In this document: one piece after another, positions 52,779-64,000 of the stretch | Layout: the number at the start of each line of letters is the position of its first letter | Numbering within the stretch: the stretch's first letter is position 1 | Assembly (NCBI RefSeq): GCF_018350175.1 | Contig: NC_058373.1 | Span: 105,278,001-105,342,000, forward strand | DNA: 64,000 nt | Direction of reading: 5' to 3' | Source of the DNA: Felis catus | Taxonomy: Eukaryota | The notes under the pieces: generated by a model | Databases searched by the model: none | What the model saw: the letters and a program-made list of their open reading frames with translations, nothing else | Told to the model about the DNA's origin: nothing | Position numbers and translations under genes: made by a program

Positions 52779-53860
52779 TAATGAGACATTCTGGGACTCA
52801 GGTTTGGTATGGCAGCTACACTGACAATGTCTAGGAGGGCTGAGTTGCTAACTGTGGAGAGAATCAGTCCTTCTGTATCAAGTAGATAAAAAGAACTCTC
52901 CCAGTCTAAGGCTAGATATCGGGCGGTAAGTATGCCTCCATTCTAAAGTGAGGTGCTACCCCACTAACAGAGCACCTGCAGAGAGGGTAATGATCACCTA
53001 GAGCCCAACACCTATCTCATTGTAAAAGGCTGATGCCGGCTATTCAGGAGAACTTCTTAGGATTGTTTTGGGATGGTGGTAGTTTCGTGGGTCCAACCCA
53101 ATGCAAAAAGCTTCAAGGAGACCAGTTGGAGAGCTTGTTGTGTCCTGGGAGTTTGGGGGAGCCCAGAGAACTGCTGTCTTAGGAATCTCAAGGTGAGAGG
53201 TCATGGCATTTACCCTGAGGCAGCAGAGGAGAGAGTGGGAGAGCAACTGTCCTATACTCGAAGTTGGGAGCTCCCTATACAAGCCACCGAGGGGGAGGGG
53301 AAGGTGTAAGGATCTGTGAGTGTTCTTCCTTGGATCAGAGGTGGGCAGTGTGGGAGAGAGCCCTGCTGAAAACATTTTACATCCCCCCAAGAGGGCTACC
53401 TAGAGGGGTGACGTGACCTCCAGCGGGGGCTGGGCACTAAAATTCCCTGGGGCTGAGGGAAGAAATAAAACAACCAGCCAGCAGGAAATGCATGTCATAC
53501 GTTAAGAGAGTTATAGTCCAATGTTGCCGCTGCAAGCTCTGAAGAACCCAGAAACACATCACAAGCAGGGTGGTCAGCTTTAACCTTTCACCCAATTTAG
53601 GCAGCACCAGGTGAGACTGGTGTCAGTCAAGTTAAGATCTTTTACGCTTCTTTCCTCTTAGCCTCCCCACCTTCCAACCTTTCTAGCAGGGGAAGCTAGT
53701 GAGCTGGGGAGGGTAGAAATAGAAACAAAGAAACAGAAGAATCTTCCCACTCTAGGTCTTCCTACTGCAGAGCTGTGATCTCTGGGAGGGGAGAGGTTTC
53801 GACTTTCAGTGCAGCTCAGAATTCTCAAGGTAAGACAGAGCATTTCCCTTTTTGTGATTT
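52779..53860. mobile_element. Possible ancient LTR (MamGypLTR-like)
   Basis: Starts tgtaatg; GA-rich, GC-richer ~1 kb block resembling old mammalian Gypsy-type LTRs. Recognition only. Confidence 0.35.
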
Positions 53861-54123
53861 CTTTGTGATTGTAAGCGATCAGAGGAATTTTCTTAACTAG
53901 GACTGAGTGGATAGCTGCGGGGCCTGCCTATATTCCTCACGATTTTACTACCGTCTAAGAATTCATGAGAATATATGAAGTAACAATGTGATTATATTAG
54001 TTATTATCAAAGAGTGAGTGGATAAGCCTATGGGCCCACTTAAGATTTTTATCCAGGGGGCAAGAAACTAGTAGCCTCAGTGGGCCCGTATGGGGGTTCC
54101 AACAACAATATAGGTTTTTCTCT

Positions 54124-54335
54124 GGGGTGCCTGGTGGCTCAGTTGGTTAAGCGCCCAACTTGAGCTCAGGTCATGATCTCACAGTAAGTGAGTTGGAGCC
54201 CCTGCATCAGACTCTCTGCTGTCAGTGCAGAGTCTGATCAGATCTTGTCTCCCTCCCTCTCTGCCCCTCCCCCGCTCACACACGTGCACTCTCTCTCTCT
54301 CAAAAATAAATAAACATTAAAAAAGATTTTTTTAA
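54124..54335 (+). mobile_element. SINEC
   Basis: TSD aatataggttttt. Confidence 0.9.
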
Positions 54336-55657
54336 AAGAATATAGGTTTTTTTTTTAATTTACCACCTACAAGTCAATTCTGCTCGATCAACAAACCAGA
54401 GAGAATTGGGAAATAGCTTTGTAAAAGAAGATGTTCGACATGCCTCTTCCTCTGTCTGACATAGATATTTTCTGCTCCTGAAGTGCATTTGGGTAAATAA
54501 ACAATCACGTAAATGATTTCTAGAGCAGCTGAAAATGTCATTAGAGAATGTAGTGCACATGAAAATGAAAGGGAAATATGCAGATTCTTCAAGGTTCACA
54601 GACTGTATGTCAAATGTTGCTTTGTCCAGGATGCAGGTATGTTTCCTCACCTGTGGGTAAGAGTGTAGAAGTCAAATTAATAGGACTATTTTTTATACAG
54701 TAGAAGGGACACGGCGTATAGAGCTGTTGATGGTAGGCACAATGCCATGTTAATAAAGTCTCACGTGAACATGCACCGACACTTTCTGAGATCACTGGTA
54801 GTTTTTTTTTTTAATGATGTGTTAAATTCTAAATTATCCAGTTACTAATCTGTTTATGAAGTAGATTTCCTTCGCACACGACAAGGCAATCGGTCCGTAA
54901 TAGCGACACTCTCCTGGTGAGTAGAGCTTATCTCAGGTCAGGTGGAGCATCTGGTCTTGAAGAATGTAAACTAGTAAAATAAATTGTAAATAAAGATAAG
55001 GGTGTTTGTGCAGGAGGAGGAAAGAGACTAACAAAACTCTGCAAAGCTCTGGAGAAGCGTCATTTCCCAATGCAGTCTAGGGAGTCTTTTGAAGGAAATG
55101 GTGATTAGTACAGAGGCTGCAGGCTATCTGACAATTAACATTTTATTTATGTTTTTATCTGATTAATGTCTGCTCATCCACTTAGCTTCAAGAGCGCAGG
55201 GACCTTTATCTATCAGATTTAAATGCTGCCCGGGCCTACCATCACATTTGACCTCTTTTCTTGCTTTTTTCTTCACCTTTGAAAGGCATTTCCTTGGAAA
55301 GGATATTGTCCACTGTCTCTCTCATCAACAACTCCCCGTGCTCGGCCACCCACTCGCCACGTCATATCTGTCCCAGGGCACAGGGTGCGATGGCTTGCTT
55401 GGGGACACGTAGGCACTCAGCAGCATGAAAGAAGCCGGGAAATACTGGCCCTTTGAGCTCTGAAGATACTGCTTCTTGTCTTCCTTAGCATAGGGAAGTT
55501 CCCTGAGCAAATCTAGAAGTGGGAGCTCAGCTCTCAGGAACATCTTTTGTATTTTGCTTGGTCAATTTTTGCTAGTAAGAGTGTATTTCAAGTTGCAAAG
55601 AAATGCATTCTTACATTGGACCAGAGCCGGGTGGTACGTTTGAAAAAAGAAAATTTA

Positions 55658-55843
55658 GGGGCACCTGGGTGGCTCAGTCGGTTAAGCGTCCGACTTCGGC
55701 TCAGGTCATGATCTCACGGTCCGTGAGTTCGGGCCTCGCGTCGGGCTCTGTGCTAACAGCTCGGAGCCTGGAGCCTGTTTCGGATTCTGTGTCTCCCTCT
55801 CTCTCTGCCCCTCCTCTGCTCATGCTCTGTCTCTCTCTGTCTC

Positions 55844-55874
<31 letters not shown>

Positions 55875-55900
55875 CAAAAAACCATTAAAAAATAATAAAA
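55658..55900 (+). mobile_element. SINEC with long poly(A)
   Basis: TSD aaaaaagaaaattta(g). Confidence 0.92.
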
Positions 55901-56244
55901 AAAAGAAAATTTAGACAATGAGTGCCAGCATTTGGTCTTTATACTGGGGCCTCTTCTCTTTCTTTTCAGCACTGACCACTCTTGCCAGGCTGCTCTCTCC
56001 ATTCCAGAAAAACCAGACTGTGTGTATGTGTGTGTGTGTGTGTGTGTAACAGGATAGTCAACAAGGAGACAGTGTCACAGAGAAGAAACAGAGCATGCGC
56101 CCTCAATCGTGTTCTCAATCTGGTGTCCATGGGTCCCCATTCTGCAACTTCCTTCATCACAGTTTGCTTTTCAGCAGCTTTGTATTCATAAACTATCCCT
56201 CTAACAAGTGATGTCAAACTATTTTTAAAAAGTGAATGATTTCT

Positions 56245-58968
56245 CCCAAAAAACAAGAGTCCAGGGCCAGATGGCTTTCCAGGGGAATTCTACCAAACAT
56301 TTAAGGAAGAGTTAACACCTATTCTCTTGAGGCTGTTCCAAGAAATAGAAATGGAAGGAAAACTTCCAAACTCTTTCTATGAAGCCAGAATTACCTTGAT
56401 TCCAAAACCAGACAGAGACCCCACTAAAAAAGAGACCTATAGACCAATTTCCCTGATGAACATGGATGCAAAAATCCTCAACAAGATACTAGCCAACTGG
56501 ATCCAACAATACATTAAAAAAAATATTCACCATGACCACGTGGGATTTATACCTGGGATGCAGGGCTGGTTCAATATCTGCAAAACAATTAACGTGATTC
56601 ATCACATCAATAAAAGAAAGGACGAGAACCATATGATCCTCTCCATAGATGCAGAGAAAGCATTTCACAAAATACAGCATCCCTTCTTGATAAAAACCCT
56701 CAAGAAAGTAAGGATAGAAGGAGCATACCTCGAGATCATAAAAGCCATATATGAATGACCCACTGCTAATATCATCCTCAATGGGGAAAAACTGAGAGCT
56801 TTCCCCCTAAGGTCAGGAACAAGACAGGGATGTCCACTTTCACCACTGTTATTCAACATAGTATTGGAAGTCTCAGCCTCTGCACTCAGACAACACAAAG
56901 AAATAAAAAGCATCCAGATTGGCCAGGAGGAGGTCAAACTTTCACTCTTCGCAGATGACATGATACTCTATATGGAAAACCCAAAAGATTCCACCAAAAA
57001 ACTGCTAGAACTGATTCATGAATTCAGCAAAGTTGCAGATATAAAATCAATGCACAGAAATCGGTTGCATTCCTATACACCAACAATGAAACGACAGAAA
57101 GAGAAATCAAGGAATCGATTCCATTTACAGTTGCACAAAAAACCATAAAATACCTAGGAATAAATCTAACCAAAGAGGTGAAAAATCTACACACTGAAAA
57201 CTATAGACAGCTTATGAAAGAAATTGAAGAAGACACAAAAAATGGAAAAAGATTCCATGCTCCTGGATAGGAAGAACAAATATTGTTAAAATGTCAATAC
57301 TACCCAGAGCAATCTACATATTCAATGCAATCCCTATCAAAATAACACCAGCATTCTTCACAGTTAGAACAGATAATCCTAAAATTTGTATGGAACAAGA
57401 AAAAGACCAAAATATCCAAAGCAATCTTGAAAAAGAAAACCAAAGCAGGAGACATCACAATCTCAGACTTCAAGCTATACTACAAAGCTGTAATCATCAA
57501 GACAGTATGGTACTGGCACAAGAACAGACACTCAGATCCATGGAATAGAATAGAGAACCCAGAAAGGACCCACAAAAGTATGGGCAGCTAATCTTTGACA
57601 AAGCAGGAAAGAATATCCAACGGAATAAAGACAGTCTCTTCAGCAAGTGGTGCTGGGAAAACTGGACAGTGACATGCAGAAGAATGAACCTGGACCACTT
57701 TCTTACACCATACACAAAAATGAACTCAAAATGGATGAAAGACCTAAATGTAAGACAGGAAGCCATCAAAATCCTCGAGGAGAAAGCAGGCAAAAACCTC
57801 TTTGATCTTGGCCTCACCAACTTCTTACTCAACATGTCTCCAGAGGCAAGGGAAACAAAAGTGAAAATGAACTACTGGGACCTCATCAAAATAAAAAGCT
57901 TCTGCACAGCAAAGGAAACAATCAGCAAAACTAAAAGGCAACCGGCAGAATGGGAGAAGATATTTGCACATGACATATCAGATAAAGGGTTAGTATCCAA
58001 AATCTATAAAGAACTTATCAAACTCAACACCCAAAAAGCAATGAATCCAGTGAAGAAATGGGCAAAAGATACGAATAGACACTACTCCAAAGAAGACATC
58101 CAGATGGCCAACGACGCATGAAAAAATGCTCCACATCACTCATCATCAGGGAAATACAAATCAAAACCACAATGAGATGCCACCTCACCCCTGTCAGAAT
58201 GGCTAACATTAACAACTCAGGCAACAACAGATGTTGGCGAGGATGCAGAGAAAGAGGATCTCTTTTGCATTATTGGTGGGGATGCAAGCTGGTGCAACCA
58301 CTGTGGGAAACAGTATGGAGGTTCCTTAAAAAACTAAAAATAGAACTACCCTATGATCCAGAAATTGCACTACTAGGCATTTATCCAAGGGATACAGGTA
58401 TGCTGTTTTGAAGGGGCACATGCACCCCAATGTTTTCTAGCAGCACTATCAACGATAGCCAAAGTATGGAAAGAGCCCAAATGTCCATTGATGGATGAAT
58501 GGGTAAAGAAGATGTGGTATGTATACACACACAATGGAGTATTACTCGGCAATCAAAAAGAATGAAATCTTGCCATTTGCAACTACATAGATGGAACTGG
58601 AAGGTACTATGCTAAGTGAAATTAGTCAGTCAGAGAAAGACAAGTATCATATTACTTCACTCATATGAGGACTTTAAGAAACAAAACAGATGCACATAAG
58701 GGAAGGGAAACAAAAATAATATAAAAACAGGGAGGGGGACAAAGCATAAGAGACTCATAAATATGGAGAACAAATTGAGGGTTATGGGAGGGGTTGTGGG
58801 AGGGGGGATGGGCTAAATGGGTAAGGGGCATTAAGGAATCTACTCCTGAAGTCACTGTTGCACTAGATGCTAACTAATTTGGATATAAATTGAAAAAAAT
58901 AAAATTATTATGTTGGAAAAATGAAAAATAAAAAAAGTAAATAAATAAACATAAAAAAAGAAAAAAAA
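56245..58968 (+). mobile_element. 5'-truncated, relatively young carnivore/felid L1 (ORF2 RT + C-terminal domain, 3' UTR, poly(A)); ORF2 broken
   Basis: ORF fragments [31 protein letters not shown] and [15 protein letters not shown] in shifting frames; G-rich 3' UTR; A-rich tail ~58893-58968. Confidence 0.97.
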
Positions 58969-59280
58969 CCCATATTTCCTAATAGTTCTCAGCACAAGCA
59001 AAATTAACAATGTAAAGGACTCCAGTCCTTCACCTAACATACTCTCTGTGAGAGTGAATGTAGTCTCCTGCTATAAGGAGAAAAAACTTTTTTGGCTCAA
59101 TTACTACTGGCCATTACTAAGAATTGAAAATTTCATTGTTCAAATATGGATAATAACATTACTTTAGTACATTTTCCTAAGAAGTAAAACAATCTATTCA
59201 TCTCAATGTCCCTAAAAGTCAGAATTATTTTACTTTTTAAAAATTAAAAATTTTTTTTAATCTAAAAAAAAGACAAAAAA

Positions 59281-59435
59281 GGCATGAAGGAATTTTGGAT
59301 GCTAATGGTACTGTTCTATATCTTCACTGTAGTAATGGTTATTACACAATTTTGTATGTGTTTGTCAAAACACACAGAAGTGTTCACTAAAAAAATGAAT
59401 TTTCCTATATGTAAATTCTACCTTAATGAAAAAAA
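59281..59435 (+). mobile_element. Old L1M-type 3' terminal fragment (inside the putative transduced segment)
   Basis: ggcatgaaggaattttgg...tgttctatatctt...tttgtcaaaac...tgaattttcctatatgtaaatt.tacct.aat.aa motif. Confidence 0.75.
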
Positions 59436-59633
59436 GTGCAAAAAAATGAATGATTTCTGGTTTTATATTCTAGTTCTTGTGGTTGGCCATTAAGCTAGAA
59501 ATCCAGGGCAAGCCTTCCTCCTCAGAAGGTACAACTAGGGGACTGGCCTTTCTTCCTTCAGAGAGACTCATGGTAAAGAGACCTTTTAACAGTTGTTCAT
59601 CTTAAAATGCACTTCAAAAATTTTAAGTAACAT

Positions 59634-59634
<1 letters not shown>

Positions 59635-59670
<36 letters not shown>
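59635..59670 (+). repeat. (CA)n microsatellite
   Basis: Perfect run. Confidence 0.97.
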
Positions 59671-59673
<3 letters not shown>

Positions 59674-60286
59674 AAACATTAGTTTTACTAATAGGAGGGC
59701 ACTTGAAAGCAAAGCAATGAGATCTTTTCATTCCTTCCAGACTGTGGTCCAAGGTGAATACATTAAGCATAGAGCTTGGGATTTACCTAATGGTTTTCAG
59801 AAGCCAACTCCATACTTTGATTAATGCTGCCTCATAATACCAATGATGTGTACCCCACTAAATCATTAGAACATTTTCCCTTGGTAATATATTAAAGCCA
59901 TACATTACAGGCTACTGTGGCTTGGGTGATAAATTGCTTGGGGGGAGGGGGGAAAACACACCCAACTGCCTAAAGGCCATGTTGTGCACACTTGGGTAGA
60001 ATTCAGCCTGGTTACTTTTCTATGGAATCTGTTTGCAGCATTCAGAGTGTTGAGAGAACTTTTGTCTTTTTCTCCCAACACGAAAGAAATGCTCCCCAAA
60101 TCTGCATTTCTCTGTTCCAAAGGACCAAAACTGTCAAATGGAGATGTGTGTGAAAAATACTGAACACAGGTTAAAAGTACAGATTTTGGAATAATCACAG
60201 TTGGTGGTTTTGAATTTCAGCTCTCTTATTTGATGGGCTATGTGGTCTTGAACAAGTAAGTCATTTAGACTTTCTGTAAAATGAAG

Positions 60287-60289
<3 letters not shown>

Positions 60290-60329
<40 letters not shown>
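60290..60329 (+). repeat. (GT)n microsatellite within a MIR-like remnant
   Basis: Perfect run. Confidence 0.95.
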
Positions 60330-60334
<5 letters not shown>

Positions 60335-61219
60335 CTACTTTGCAAGGTCACAGACAGGATGATCATGCATATAAACTGGATAGCCCAGTGTTTGGCACTT
60401 AATGAGTCAGTAAGTGGTTGCTAATTGTTCCAGCAGGGAACTCGTGTCCCCCCAGGGACCTCCTGACCAACATTTCTGGGTCCAACTTGGAATCTTCCCC
60501 AAAATTGCTTTGAGCTTCTTTGAGTGTGGCTGGGTTTATATGGGAGTCAAGGTTAATGATCCAGGTAATGTCCACCCATTTGGAAATCATGTGGCAGTGT
60601 GGCAGGGCCGTGCTAAGTAACTGGTCTGGGGGGCCCTGCCCTCCCTAGGCCAGCCTCCTCACCTGTCAAGTGATGATCGGCCTAGCTATGCTATTTAAGC
60701 ATAGAACACCCTGAGCTACGTATGGTCAGGATCTCAGGGAGAGAGAAGTACTGATCATTTTAGTTCTTGTCCTTTGTTTTTTCATTCTTGGTGCTGGAGG
60801 TAAAAGAAAAAACAAACAAACACAAAGCAAAACTAGAGAGAGCTTTCATCACCAAGGTCAGCTAAAATAATTTGGTTTCACCATTGCAGATAGTCTCTGC
60901 CAAACTGGTCCCAACTGAGGCTCTGCACTGGTCTAATCTCTTAATCAGCAAAAGCCATGGTTACCTTTTAAAAAATGCCCCCCTTGGATTGTTATAAAAA
61001 TCTACCTGTGCCTCATGTGAACAACTTGTGGGAGGAAATAATATTTATTACACATGCGGCATAATATTAACACAAATAAGGAATTTTTCGATAATTTTAC
61101 AAGCCTGAAACATCTACTGCTTTCATTTGTCTAGAGTCCTTTCCAAGTTTTACTGTGTACATACATAATTTTATGTAATTACATTATACCATAGGTATAA
61201 TAATTAACATAGACTAATT

Positions 61220-61478
61220 AAAAAAATTTTTATGTTTATTTATTTTTTAGAGAGAGAGAGACAGAGTATGAGTGGGAGAGGGGCAGATCATGGCCTGAGC
61301 CGAAGTTGGAGTATGAGTGGGAGAGGGGCAGAGAGAGGGGGAGACACAGAATCTGAAGCAGTCTCCAGGCTCTGAGCTGTCAGCACAGAGCCTGATGCGG
61401 GGCTCGAACTCACGAGCTGTGAGATCATGACCTGAGCTGAAATCAGAAGCTTAACCGACTGAGCCGCCCATGGGCCCC
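61220..61478 (-). mobile_element. SINEC with an internal rearrangement
   Basis: TSD taacatagactaatt (61205-61219 / 61479-61493). Confidence 0.92.
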
Positions 61479-61649
61479 TAACATAGACTAATTTTATTGG
61501 ATAACTAATATATGAACATATACATGCTATTAGAAGTAAAAAAAATAGAAGTGTAGTGGTGCTAACAGTAAAAGTCTCCTGATTTTTACCTGATTTGGGG
61601 AGTAAAACTCATTCCAACCAGTTTTTTGTTTTATTATAAAGTTTTAAAT

Positions 61650-61889
61650 TTATTTTATTTTTAATTTTAATTTTATTTTTTTTAACATTCATTTACTTTT
61701 GAGAGACCGAGGGAGACAGAGCATGAGTCGGGGAGGAACAAAGAGAAAGGGAGACACGGAATCCAAAGCAGGCTTCAGGCTCTCAAGGTGCCAACACAGA
61801 GACCGATGCGGGGCTTGAACCCATGAACCATGAGATCATGACCTGAGCCGAAGTCGGATGCTTAACCGACTGAGCCACCCAAGCACCTC
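61650..61889 (-). mobile_element. SINEC
   Basis: Antisense copy with T-rich tail. Confidence 0.88.
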
Positions 61890-62019
61890 AATTTTTTAAT
61901 AAATTTTTTTAAATGAGATCATCTGCAAGTGTTGCCTGTGGCTTCCTTTTATTCACGTATATATCTTAGGGAAAACTTCCTATGCCGGCAGGTACTGTTA
62001 ACAGTCTTCCACTTTCTGC

Positions 62020-62099
62020 TTTTTTTTCCTTCAAATTTTTATTTAAATTCTAGTTAGTTAACATATAGTGTAATATTGGTTTCAGGAGTAGAATTTAGT
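62020..62099 (-). mobile_element. Very short carnivore L1 3' terminus
   Basis: Reverse complement closely matches the L1 3' end at ~6997-7057 (aattctactcctgaaaccaatatt.cact.tatgttaactaac). Confidence 0.8.
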
Positions 62100-62249
62100 A
62101 GTTCTCCTCCCATTCTTCACTTAACATTTTTGTGAATGTTTCTTCATGTTGCCAAATATTTTCAGAATTATCACTTTGAGCAATAGGTGTGAGTGGAACT
62201 GAGACCCACGTGACTGATTTCTGGGACACACAATCTATCCACAAAAGGC

Positions 62250-62605
62250 ATATTATCTCAGACGAGTGGTGCTTATTTGACCCTGAGTTGCCTGCTGAGT
62301 CATAGAACTGTTCAGTGGAAAGAGAGCCAGCCCATTCCCATTTTACCGACGAGGCAACTAAAGCCTTTCCCTCCCTCTTCCTGAATGGAACACAGATGTA
62401 GAGCGTCTTGCAAATCTGAGGATGAGAACCACATGCTAAGAAGGGGCCTGGGTCCCCAGTGACTTCCTTGAACAATTGTTTCAGCCCTGGGTTGCCTACA
62501 TCCAGACTTCTTATTACATGAGAGGAAGAGCCATCCATTGGGTTTAGTCGCCGTGTAGTAGGGCGTCTATCACATGCAACCAAGCATACTCGTAACTGAT
62601 ACCAC
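62250..62605 (+). mobile_element. Old MLT1-type LTR remnant
   Basis: aggatgagaaccacatgctaag...cctgggtccc...ccagacttctt...taactgatac motifs. Confidence 0.55.
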
Positions 62606-63869
62606 TGTGTTCACTCATTCGTTTATTTGCTCACCGACCGTTTACTGAGTTGTAGTCACATGCCTGGAATGTACAGACTATGCACGTAATAATAGCATTT
62701 ATGGAATGCTTACTATGTACAATGCCTGTACCCTGAGCTTTCCAGGTCTTCTCATGTAGCATTCACAATAGCCCTCTAATATAGACATCTTTTCCCGAAT
62801 TCTACAGATGAAGAAACTGGAACTCAAAGAGATGACGTAACCCTCCATAGCACCCATCTAGTGAAGTCAAAACCTCTCTGACACTTCACTTCAAAAAACT
62901 GTACTCTATTTATCTTTCATGGACCAGGAAACCAAACAGATTGGGGGGGGGGGTGGGGAGCCAAACAATATGATCAAATAGCAATATTTACAACCACACT
63001 GTGAAGTAAGTATGATTATTCCCATTGGTGAGTGAGATGCAGTGAGATCAAGTGACTTCAATGCAATTAATTCAGTCTGACAAACAGCTATTGGGCACCA
63101 AATTCTGGAGATTTGGTTTAGGTGCTGAGGCTACACAGCTGTATGAGGCAAGGCCTGGCTATGGTGAGCGCTGCAAGAGAGGCAAGACTTTTCTGGAATT
63201 AAAGCCGTTGCAGAAGTTGTGCTTTCTCCGGCTGGCATCAATTACTGACTTTCTGTCAGCAGACTATTCCAGATGGGCTGGTTTCTATAAAACCCCTATG
63301 GGGAATCCTAGGATTTAGGTTCTGGGGGGAAGGGAAGGAAGGAAATTGGCCAAAGAGATTGTTTGAAAGGGCCATTTTTCAGTCTCCCCAAATCAGGTAC
63401 AAAATAATGAACTGTCACAGAACACTTTCTATTTGTTAATTGTTCAACTCTCCCAAGCACAGAGAAGAGAGTGAGAGAAGGCAACCCTCTGCCACGTGAT
63501 TGGAATCAGATTTGTTTACCAGATCAAAGCCTGGTGGGTAATGGAAACTTCAGGCAGGGAGCAGGCGGTGGGAGGAGTGGTGTGGCCGTGGCTACTCAGC
63601 TGAATACATTGTTCTGCACGCTCTGGAGCTTGAACTGCACCACTTGGAAATGCCAGCTCTCTCCAGACTTGTCACAGGAGGGGCCGGGGGCTGCTGGAAC
63701 GGCTCAGGGATGCTAAGAATGTTTATAGAGTGAAGCTACTGGGTGGTGTTCCTTGCCTAGACTGTAGACACCTCCTGTTAAGGGGAAAGTATCAAGTTCT
63801 TGGTGTGTAGCTCATTTTGAAGCTATTAACATTTCCCGATACCTTTTTTTTTTTTTTTTTTTTTTTTTT

Positions 63870-64000
63870 AATGAACAGCAGAAATTTATTCCTTATAGTT
63901 CTGGAGGCTGCAAGCCCAAGATCAGGGTGCCAGCACAGTCAGCTGAGGGCCCTCTCCTGGTTGCAAACATCTCCTTGTGTCCTCGCATGGTAGGAGTGGG
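63870..64000 (-). mobile_element. MLT1-type LTR, runs off the window end
   Basis: aacagcagaaatttatt...agttctggaggctg.aag.ccaagatca.ggtgccagca motif. Confidence 0.75.

Noticed and set aside
56327..58411. L1 ORF2 as a functional reverse transcriptase gene
   Set aside because: 5'-truncated (no promoter, ORF1 or endonuclease) and split by stops and frameshifts.
62095..62583. Longest ORF in the window (162 aa, - strand)
   Set aside because: Non-ATG start, overlaps an MLT1-like LTR remnant and has no recognisable protein similarity.

Overview
Mammalian (felid, very likely domestic cat) genomic DNA, identified by abundant felid-type tRNA-derived SINEC elements and carnivore L1s. Positions 1-39.2 kb hold the last four coding exons of KIAA0586/TALPID3 on the + strand (850-1004, 2710-2818, 30689-30754, 38889-39040). 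They splice in frame and end ...SSGADTF*, with AATAAA at 39211. The rest is intergenic. The best non-obvious observations are: (1) a 5'-truncated L1 whose target-site duplication lies ~470 bp beyond its own poly(A), i.e. a probable 3' transduction, possibly serial; (2) a heavily decayed class I (epsilon/gamma-like) provirus on the - strand (~42.2-48.9 kb) with readable RT, RNase H, integrase and env motifs, interrupted by older-type repeats; (3) an intronic block that appears to match an alternative human TALPID3 C-terminal exon but has in-frame stops here; (4) a 77-bp non-tandem local duplication pasted into an L2. I see no evidence of a new multi-gene system. Repeat family names and protein matches come from recognition, not database searches, and repeat boundaries are approximate.
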